In this document: positions 25,802 through 32,000 of the stretch, piece after piece
Numbering within the stretch: position 1 is the first letter of the stretch
Layout: every line of letters begins with the position of its first letter
Assembly (NCBI GenBank): GCA_964595165.1
Contig: CAZQPF010000015.1
Span: 20,754-52,753, forward strand
Length of the DNA stretch: 32,000 nt
Source: an uncultured Desulfohalobiaceae bacterium
GTDB lineage: Bacteria; Desulfobacterota; Desulfovibrionia; Desulfovibrionales; Desulfothermaceae
Direction of reading: 5' to 3'
Position numbers and translations under genes: made by a program
The notes under the pieces: generated by a model
The model's database searches: none
What the model saw: the letters and a program-made list of their open reading frames with translations, nothing else
What the model was told of the DNA's origin: nothing

Positions 25802-26596
25802 ATGCAGGATGCAGCCCTTGCGTTGCGAGATGAGAACGGAGGCAACAGAGGGGAAGAGCTTCAGGGCGATATCCCCAATTTCCAGAAGCTAAAGCAGGAC
25901 ATGCTCGAGCAGGCTCGAAAGGGAGATCGAGCTCAGCTCGGTGCTTCCCTGGGCTGCAATAGCCAGGAGTTTTTGGCTGTCTCGAATCTCTTCATGCTCT
26001 TCTCCCTGCTCTTTCGCTATCCCAGGCCTGAGGTGCGTCTGGAGCTGGAAAATCAGCTGCCGCTTTTGCAGGCAGCCCTGCGGGAATACGAGGAAAGCAC
26101 AGTGGATCTGCCGGCCCAGAGCGACCTGGAGGCCGAGTACGTGGCGCTTTTCGTGAACAACAACGGCTTTGTCCCTGCGGTGCCCTATGCCTCTTTCTAC
26201 CTGGATGAAGAAGGTCAGCTACTGGGACCGAGCACCAGAAGGCTGCGCCGAAGGCTCTACTCTCTCGGTTTGACCCTGCAGGAGGAGACATACGAGCTAG
26301 AGGATCACATCTACGTTCTGCTGGAGCTTTGTGCTGAGCTCTGCAGGCGCCTGGCTCAAAGGGAAAGCCATGATCCATGGCCTCAATATCTGGGTGCTTT
26401 GTTCCTGGTGAGCTACGATTATTTAATCCCTGTGCTGGACAAGCTCTCCGAGGGCATCATGCGCTATGCCAGCTTTGATCTGTATCCGGCAGCCGTCCGC
26501 TGTCTGGCCCGTTTTGTCGGCGAGCTGGATGCCATCTACGCCTCAGCCTTGGGTCTTGCACAGGAAAGTCCGGCCGAAGCCGATTCAGTCTTATAG
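25802..26596 (+). CDS. TorD/DmsD/NarJ-family redox-enzyme maturation chaperone with N-terminal extension
   Basis: EAEYVALFVNN...VPYASFYL...LEDHIYVLLELCAEL matches the TorD family core. AGGAG lies 6 nt before ATG 25802 (ATG 25796 is also possible). About 55 residues precede the conserved core. Confidence 0.75.
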   Translation: MQDAALALRDENGGNRGEELQGDIPNFQKLKQDMLEQARKGDRAQLGASLGCNSQEFLAVSNLFMLFSLLFRYPRPEVRLELENQLPLLQAALREYEESTVDLPAQSDLEAEYVALFVNNNGFVPAVPYASFYLDEEGQLLGPSTRRLRRRLYSLGLTLQEETYELEDHIYVLLELCAELCRRLAQRESHDPWPQYLGALFLVSYDYLIPVLDKLSEGIMRYASFDLYPAAVRCLARFVGELDAIYASALGLAQESPAEADSVL

Positions 26597-26610
26597 AAAA
26601 GGAGGAAAGA

Positions 26611-28950
26611 ATGAGTGTTTCCCGCATGAACCGCCGATCCTTTCTGGGTCTGAGCGCCTCAGCCTTGGCTGGAGCCTCCGTCGGCAGCGGCCTGGGCTCT
26701 TTTCGCGCCCTGGCCTCTGAAGAAGGGCCGCCGGAAAAGCTCATTAAGGGCAAAAGGGAGCAGGTGCCCAGCACCTGCGCCATGTGTGTGAATAAATGCG
26801 GCATTATCTGCGAGGTGGTGGACGGCAAGCTGCACAAGATCAACCCCAATCCCGAACACGTGAAGAGCCGGGGCATGCTCTGCGCCAAGGGCAATGCCGG
26901 TGCGGCACTGCCCTACAGCCCCGAGCGCTTGAAACGGCCCCTGCTGCGGACCGGAAAGCGGGGCGAAGGCAAATGGAAGGAGATATCCTGGCCGGAGGCC
27001 TACAGGCATCTGGCCGAAAATCTGGCCAAGCTGAAGCAGAAGTACGAAAACCGCTCCAGTGTGGCCTTCGCTTCTACGGAAGGGCTGCAGGAGGAGTTCT
27101 TCTACTACATCATCAATGCCTTTGGCTCCTTGAACACGGTGCGCCATCCCACCCTGTGCCTGTCCACCAATATCCAGGGCTGGAGCTCGGTTTTCGGTGC
27201 CTATCCCGACGGAGACCTCAAAAACGCCGAGTTTGTGATCATGCTCGGCTCCGACCGGGCTCAGGCCTTGATTACGCCGGACTCGGTGGATTTCCAGCGC
27301 TTCAAGCCCAAAGGGCAAAAGCTGGTCTACCTCGATCCGCGCTTCACCGAGACCGCGGCCAAGGCGGATAAATGGTTTCCGGTCAAGCCGCGAACCGACA
27401 TGGCTTTTATCCTGGGCATGATCCACGAGATCATCGTCAATGATCTCCAGGACAAGGATTTCATCGCCAAGTATACCCACGGCTTCGATAGATTGGCCAA
27501 GCATATCAAGGACGAGAATTACACCCCGGAGTGGGCGGAAACCGTGTGCGAGATTCCGGCTGAAGAGATCCGCTGGTCGGCCTGGGAGTTTGCCAAGCAC
27601 GCCCCGCGAAGCGTGGTCTATCCCGGCCGGAGAAGCTCCTTCTATGTCAACGAGGTCTATTTCCGCCGGGCCTGCGCCATTCTGAGCGCCATCTGCGGCT
27701 GCTGGGACACCGAGGGCGGCGTGGTGCCCAAGTCTTCCATCGATCTGGGCTCCCATACCCCGCTGTTCCCCTTCTTTATGCAGGCCAAGGAGCGCGTGGA
27801 CAAGGAGGCGGTGGGCATGGTCAAGAACGTCGTTCCCTCGGCCATCAAGTGCCCCCTGGTGGGAACCGGCCTACCGGTGGACTCCTGCGCCTTTTTGAGC
27901 GACCGGGACGGCAGCTGGATCACCTTCCGGGAGTCGGTGCTCAACGACGAGCCCTACCCGGTGCGGGGCTTTGTCTGCTTCAAGCAGAACCCGGTCCAGG
28001 CGGTGCCCAATACGAAGAAGACGATGCAGATGCTGGAGAAGATGGAGTTCATCTGCGTCATCGAGCAGCAGATGTCGGATACCGCCTGGTACGCCGACCT
28101 GGTCCTGCCCCATTCGACCTATCTCGAGAGCTGGGATCCCTGCCATGCCTTAAGCAGCATCTGGCCCACGGTGGTCTTCCGCCAGCCGGTGATCAAGCCG
28201 CTGTTCGATACCAAGACCATGTTCGAGATCGCCGGCGGCGTGATTCACGAGATGTTGAAGCTACCTGCCCTGTGGGACGATACAGACGAGGAATCGGTGG
28301 AAGATTTCAAGAAAACCGTACTCCACGAAGTTCTGGACCAGCCCATCCAGGAGTACATGAAGCATCAGCTGTCGGTTCATCCCGGAGCCTGGGAAGCCAT
28401 CCGCAGGAAAGGGTTTTTCGCCCTCTCGGACCAGGGGCGGTACGGCTCCACCCGAAAAGAGGACTTTCGGTTCAAGACCAAGACCGGGAAGATCGAGCTG
28501 TACAATGAACGTTATAAAGACTACGGCCTGGATCCGCTGCCCACATACTGCCACGGGGATGAGCCGGGCAAAAATGAATATCGCTTTCTCGTCGGCCGCA
28601 CGGCCTGGAATACGCACACCGCCACTCAGAATATTCCCTACCTTTGGGAGATACAGAAGGAGAACGCGGTCTGGATCAACACAGCAGAGGCCAAGCGGCT
28701 GGGCATAAGCGACGGGGAGTACGTATTCGTCAAAAGCAGCGTCAGCGAGCAGAAGATCCGGGCCTATGTCACGGAGAAAATCCGGCCGGACTGCGTGTAC
28801 TACGTCAACGGCTGGAACCGAAGGTCTCCGGCAATGTCGCTCGTGTACCGCCGGGGCGCTTCCGAGGCGGAAATCCTGGAGGACACCCTGGACTCCATCT
28901 CCGGAAGCGCGGCCATGCATGAAACCTTTGTCACCATACGCAAAGCCTGA
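26611..28950 (+). CDS. Tat-exported molybdopterin (bis-PGD) oxidoreductase catalytic subunit, PsrA/PhsA/TtrA/ArrA-like; substrate unassigned
   Basis: Twin-arginine leader SRMNRRSFLGLSASALA. N-terminal FeS motif CAMCVNKCGIIC...MLCAKG. Likely Cys ligand context RHPTLCLSTN. 779 aa. AAAGGAGGAAAGA precedes the ATG. Confidence 0.9.
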   Translation: MSVSRMNRRSFLGLSASALAGASVGSGLGSFRALASEEGPPEKLIKGKREQVPSTCAMCVNKCGIICEVVDGKLHKINPNPEHVKSRGMLCAKGNAGAALPYSPERLKRPLLRTGKRGEGKWKEISWPEAYRHLAENLAKLKQKYENRSSVAFASTEGLQEEFFYYIINAFGSLNTVRHPTLCLSTNIQGWSSVFGAYPDGDLKNAEFVIMLGSDRAQALITPDSVDFQRFKPKGQKLVYLDPRFTETAAKADKWFPVKPRTDMAFILGMIHEIIVNDLQDKDFIAKYTHGFDRLAKHIKDENYTPEWAETVCEIPAEEIRWSAWEFAKHAPRSVVYPGRRSSFYVNEVYFRRACAILSAICGCWDTEGGVVPKSSIDLGSHTPLFPFFMQAKERVDKEAVGMVKNVVPSAIKCPLVGTGLPVDSCAFLSDRDGSWITFRESVLNDEPYPVRGFVCFKQNPVQAVPNTKKTMQMLEKMEFICVIEQQMSDTAWYADLVLPHSTYLESWDPCHALSSIWPTVVFRQPVIKPLFDTKTMFEIAGGVIHEMLKLPALWDDTDEESVEDFKKTVLHEVLDQPIQEYMKHQLSVHPGAWEAIRRKGFFALSDQGRYGSTRKEDFRFKTKTGKIELYNERYKDYGLDPLPTYCHGDEPGKNEYRFLVGRTAWNTHTATQNIPYLWEIQKENAVWINTAEAKRLGISDGEYVFVKSSVSEQKIRAYVTEKIRPDCVYYVNGWNRRSPAMSLVYRRGASEAEILEDTLDSISGSAAMHETFVTIRKA

Positions 28951-28967
28951 GCCAAGCGGAGCGAGTC

Positions 28968-29522
28968 ATGTCACCAAAACGATACGCCATTGTTCTGGAC
29001 ACCAAGAAATGCCTCAACTGCAAGGCCTGCACAGTGGCCTGCAAGTTCGAGAACTATGTTGCCGTGGGGGACGAGTCCTATCGCATCTGGGTTACCGAGC
29101 TGCCGCTGCAAGGAAGCTATCCCAACCTGCACCAGGAGTTCCGCCCCTCTCAGTGCCAACACTGCGAAAACACCCCTTGCGAAGCGGTCTGCCCAACCAG
29201 GGCCACCTACAAGACCTCCGAAGGGGTAGTGCTCGTGGACTACGACAAATGCATCCTGTGCAAGGCCTGCATGGTGGCCTGCCCTTATGACGCCCGGTTT
29301 GTAAGCCACCACCACCGGGCAGTGGAAAAATGCACCATGTGCATCCATCGGGTGCGAGAAGGGCGGGAGCCGGCCTGTGTGGAGACCTGTCCAACCAAGG
29401 TCCGGACCTTCGGGGATCTCAGCGATCCCTCCAGTGAGGTGAGCCGCCTGCTGGCAAGGCGGGACTCCTACCGGCTCAAGCCGGGACGCAATACCCGGCC
29501 CCGGCTCTATTACTTGATTTGA
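28968..29522 (+). CDS. Four-cluster 4Fe-4S electron-transfer subunit (PsrB-like)
   Basis: CLNCKACTVAC, CQHCENTPCEAVCP, CILCKACMVACP, CTMC...CVETCP. 184 aa. Confidence 0.9.
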   Translation: MSPKRYAIVLDTKKCLNCKACTVACKFENYVAVGDESYRIWVTELPLQGSYPNLHQEFRPSQCQHCENTPCEAVCPTRATYKTSEGVVLVDYDKCILCKACMVACPYDARFVSHHHRAVEKCTMCIHRVREGREPACVETCPTKVRTFGDLSDPSSEVSRLLARRDSYRLKPGRNTRPRLYYLI

Positions 29523-29583
29523 TGCACAAAAGAGATCCGCAAGCAACAATAGAATATTACACTGAGGCACAGAGGAGAGGACT

Positions 29584-30771
29584 ATGTCCAGCATAGCCAA
29601 CCGACTGAGTTCAGTCGTCAGATTCAATCGCGAGGTTCCGGCCCTGCCGTTTATCATCCTGGGCCTGGTGCTTTTGGCCATGGGAGCCTTTGCCGTCATC
29701 CGGGTCATGCTCCACGGCCATGAAGCGATCTATGCGGTCAACCGGGAGGTGCCCTGGGGGTTGCTCATCGCCACCTACGCCTACTTCGTGATTACCTCCA
29801 CCGGCCTGGCCTTTATCGGCGGGCTGGGGCACGCCTTTGGATTCGAGAAGTTCGCCCGAATGAACCGGCGCATCGTGATGCTCGCCTTTGTCACCCTGCT
29901 GGCCGGTTTCACCCAGATCGGCATGGAGCTGGGCCACCCCTTTCGGCTGATGATCTATTTCCTGGCCTCGCCCCACTTTGCCGCCCCCATCGTCTGGATG
30001 GGGCTGTTCTACAGCATCGAGCTGGTGCTTCTGGCGGTGGAGCTGTTCATGATCTTCCAGCCGGGGCGTTTCAGCCATCGCACCACGGCCCTGGTGGGGT
30101 TTCTGGCCCTTCTCGTCGGAGTGATAGCCACCAGCAACCTCGGCTTCGTCTTCGGCTCCATCAATGCCCGGCCTTTCTTCCACGGCATCTACTTCCCCAT
30201 CTTTCTCGTCATCTCCGGCATTGTGGCCGGAGCCGGGCTCTTGCTCATCGTGTACAATGTGGTCTACAAGTTCCGCATACCGCAGGAGTACGGCGAGCCC
30301 ATGCGCGCCCTGGGGAAACTCATGGGGCTTGGCATCGGCGGCATGGCGCTTCTCTATTTCTGGAAGATCATCTCCTCGCTCTATACCGAGCCACAGGGAG
30401 CCTTTGAATCCGTAATGGCACTGCTGAGCGGTCCTCTGGCTCCGCACTTCTGGATCGGCGAGGTGTTGCTCGCCCTGGCCTTGCCCCTCGCCCTTCTCCT
30501 ATACGGCCTGAGAAGGAGTAATACCACAATGCTCGGGCTTTCCGGGCTGGTCTTTCTCCTGGGCATGTTCTTCACCCGCTTCGATTTCATCGTCGCCGGG
30601 CAATTGCCTCCTATGCGGGAAGGGCTTGAAGGCTCGGGGGTGCATACTGTGGGCGGCCTGGCCCAGTACGTCCCCTCCATGGGAGAATGGATGATCTTCG
30701 CGCTGGGACTGGGGGTCTTTTTCCTTCTCTATTTCCTGGCTGAAAAGTTCCTGGATCTGGAGTCAGCGTGA
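29584..30771 (+). CDS. NrfD/PsrC-type membrane anchor subunit
   Basis: 395-aa polytopic protein in the position and of the size of PsrC/NrfD anchors. GAGGAGAGG lies upstream of the ATG. Confidence 0.85.
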   Translation: MSSIANRLSSVVRFNREVPALPFIILGLVLLAMGAFAVIRVMLHGHEAIYAVNREVPWGLLIATYAYFVITSTGLAFIGGLGHAFGFEKFARMNRRIVMLAFVTLLAGFTQIGMELGHPFRLMIYFLASPHFAAPIVWMGLFYSIELVLLAVELFMIFQPGRFSHRTTALVGFLALLVGVIATSNLGFVFGSINARPFFHGIYFPIFLVISGIVAGAGLLLIVYNVVYKFRIPQEYGEPMRALGKLMGLGIGGMALLYFWKIISSLYTEPQGAFESVMALLSGPLAPHFWIGEVLLALALPLALLLYGLRRSNTTMLGLSGLVFLLGMFFTRFDFIVAGQLPPMREGLEGSGVHTVGGLAQYVPSMGEWMIFALGLGVFFLLYFLAEKFLDLESA

Positions 30772-30800
30772 CCCCGGCAGGCTGACTTGATGGTATAAAG

Positions 30801-30826
30801 AAAAAGCCGGGTCTTCCCGGCTTTTT
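30801..30826. terminator. Canonical bidirectional Rho-independent terminator
   Basis: AAAAAGCCGGG tctt CCCGGCTTTTT. The A-run and T-run flank the stem. Confidence 0.85.
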
Positions 30827-30864
30827 GCTTCTGTGAATTGACACCCCGCTCCAGGAGGCCTAGG

Positions 30865-30995
30865 CTGGAGTGTCGGGCCCTTGGTTTGCTCAGCCTCGTC
30901 TCGAGCTTGAACAGGAGCAGCTGCTCAAGCGCAAAACACGAGCTGGAAGAAGGCTGCAGCCAAGCTGAGTGCCGGGCTCATATCCGGAGTTCAGT
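30865..30995 (+). repeat. Copy B of the two-copy intergenic element (sigma54-like motif plus conserved leader); boundaries approximate
   Basis: Aligns with the reverse complement of 4238-4375. Identical blocks are at 30944-30958 and 30965-30978. It lies between the Psr-like operon terminator and the cNMP-binding gene. Confidence 0.6.
30875..30890 (+). promoter_or_regulatory. Sigma54-type -24/-12 promoter candidate for the cNMP-binding gene
   Basis: gGGCCCttggtTTGCt. GG (30876-30877) and GC (30888-30889) are N10 apart and the -12 TTGCT is intact. The -24 half is weaker than in copy A. Confidence 0.35.
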
Positions 30996-31030
30996 CCGAG
31001 GCCATATCCAAGATCCGGAGGGACCTTGCC

Positions 31031-31456
31031 ATGTATCTCAAGCAATCCGATCTGTTCAATGGCATGAGCGCAGAGTTTATCAAGCATGTGCTCAGCATCT
31101 CCTCCAGGGAACAGTACGGTTCAGGGAGCATTCTCTTCAAGGGAGGCGATTTTCCGGAGTACTTCTTCATCCTTATCCAGGGCCGGGTGCAGCTTACCTT
31201 CGGCGAGTCGGATAAGCAGGTGTATATTGGCAGCTACCGGGGGGAGTTCTTCGGCTGGTCCGGGCTGGTGGGACGCAGCACCTACAGCGCTTCGGCCGAG
31301 TGTCTGGAAACCACCGATGTTCTTAGAATCGATCAGATGAGGTTCTTCCAGCTGCTGAACAGCGAGCCGGAGACAAAGTGCCTGTTCTACAAGAACCTGG
31401 CTTCCGCTCTGGGCAATCGGCTGCTGCACACCTACGAGTTCCTCTCCCAAAGATAG
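31031..31456 (+). CDS. Stand-alone cyclic-nucleotide-binding (CAP/Crp effector) domain protein, no output domain
   Basis: LFNGMSAEFIKHV...GSILFKGGDFPEYFFILIQGRVQL...GEFFGWSGL is a cNMP-binding beta-roll pattern. It is 141 aa and ends without an HTH. GGAGGGA lies 7 nt before the ATG. Confidence 0.8.
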   Translation: MYLKQSDLFNGMSAEFIKHVLSISSREQYGSGSILFKGGDFPEYFFILIQGRVQLTFGESDKQVYIGSYRGEFFGWSGLVGRSTYSASAECLETTDVLRIDQMRFFQLLNSEPETKCLFYKNLASALGNRLLHTYEFLSQR

Positions 31457-31493
31457 CTTGCGCCCGCTGCGCAACCCGCACCGGGCGCAAGCT
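31455..31493 (+). terminator. 11-bp stem-loop after the cNMP-binding gene
   Basis: AGCTTGCGCCC, 17-nt loop, GGGCGCAAGCT. It overlaps the stop codon. The U-tract is weak. Confidence 0.4.
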
Positions 31494-31553
31494 GCCTTCT
31501 CCAGGCATTGATTTTCTCTTCCTGCGGCAGCAGGAAGGAGATCGGATAGACAT

Positions 31554-32000
31554 ATGACCAAGCTCGTTCTCCAGGCAGTATCCAAGTCCGTTGCCGGCCA
31601 CTCTCTCTTCGAGGATGTCTCCCTCACCCTGGAAAGCGGGGACAAGCTGGCCGTGGTCGGGCCGAACGGTAGCGGCAAGTCCACTTTGCTCAGGCTCATC
31701 AGCGGGGAGGAGATCCCAGATGCCGGAAGGATCGACATCAGCCCGGCCCAACTTGGTGTTGGCCTGTGCGTGCAGGATATAGGAGCAGATGAGCTCTCCC
31801 GCAGGCTGCTGGATTGGGTGCTCGAGGCCCTGCCCTCCTGGAGCGATTTGTGGCATCGCTGGCAGCAGGCGCAGCAGGCTGGAGACTCCCGGGAGCTGGA
31901 GCGGCTGGCCGAGGAGCAGTCGAAGCTGGAAAGCTTCTACGGCTATCATCCGGAAAGCAGGGCGCGGGCCATCCTGCGCGGTCTGGGCTTTGGGGCGGCC
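31554..32000 (+). CDS. ABC-F family ATPase (3' end beyond the window)
   Basis: My own translation from ATG 31554: MTKLVLQAVSKSVAGHSLFEDVSLTLESGDKLAVVGPNGSGKSTLLRLISGEE...ESRARAILRGLGFG. It has a Walker A motif and an ABC-F-type linker. The frame is open to nt 32000. It is absent from the ORF track, presumably because no stop is reached. Confidence 0.85.
   Translation, partial: MTKLVLQAVSKSVAGHSLFEDVSLTLESGDKLAVVGPNGSGKSTLLRLISGEEIPDAGRIDISPAQLGVGLCVQDIGADELSRRLLDWVLEALPSWSDLWHRWQQAQQAGDSRELERLAEEQSKLESFYGYHPESRARAILRGLGFGAA

Noticed and set aside
26659-27756. 365-aa minus-strand ORF opposite the molybdoenzyme gene; also 28261-28920, 28971-29708 and 29611-30447
   Set aside because: All are antisense to genes with strong family motifs, and none has recognisable domains.
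26611-28950. Selenocysteine recoding or a frameshift in the molybdoenzyme
   Set aside because: The reading frame is uninterrupted and the ligand position reads Cys (HPTLCLS). No in-frame TGA is present.
1-32000. Mobile elements, prophage, defence systems, CRISPR arrays, rRNA/tRNA genes
   Set aside because: I looked for transposase, integrase, nuclease or helicase-type ORFs, regular repeat arrays and tRNA-like structures, and found none that I can support from the sequence.

Overview
GC-rich chromosomal window with short AT-rich intergenic islands. The gene content looks like an anaerobic sulfur- or sulfate-respiring deltaproteobacterium (Desulfobacterota); that taxon call is inference only. 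All names come from motifs read by eye. No homology search, HMM scan, RNA folding or statistics were run.

Gene order:
- 3' part of a multi-Hpt CheA, followed by a co-oriented cyclophilin-like gene
- convergent acidic EF-hand-like protein
- rpsU, mnmG, and a TIGR01212-type radical SAM gene
- znuA/C/B-like metal ABC importer, translationally coupled to a class II photolyase
- an AT-rich island of about 790 bp
- a complete hmcABCDEF operon: 16-haem cytochrome, Tat FeS subunit, NrfD-type subunit, a 43-aa membrane peptide below the ORF-track cutoff, a cytochrome b-like subunit and an HdrD-like subunit
- convergent FmdE / Zn-ribbon / molybdopterin-binding fusion
- a same-strand set: MarR, monohaem cytochrome c, coiled-coil beta-barrel outer-membrane protein, YeeE/YedE transporter, TorD-like chaperone, and a PsrABC-like Tat molybdoenzyme
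- stand-alone cNMP-binding protein, then the 5' part of an ABC-F ATPase

I saw no rRNA, tRNA, CRISPR array, transposase, integrase or recognisable defence gene.

Three observations deserve follow-up:
1. A 15-bp palindrome, GTTCAT-N3-ATGAAY, lies on the marR start codon and again just upstream of yeeE. This ties the cytochrome/OMP and YeeE/Psr-like genes into one putative MarR regulon, a candidate envelope-spanning sulfur or selenium module.
2. A homologous element of about 130 nt occurs twice in inverted orientation, 26.6 kb apart. It consists of a sigma54-type GG-N10-GC motif plus a conserved leader. Each copy sits between a terminator and a small signalling-type gene.
3. CheA has several Hpt domains, and one of them is degenerate.

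The many long ORFs antisense to recognisable genes are treated as GC-driven artefacts.
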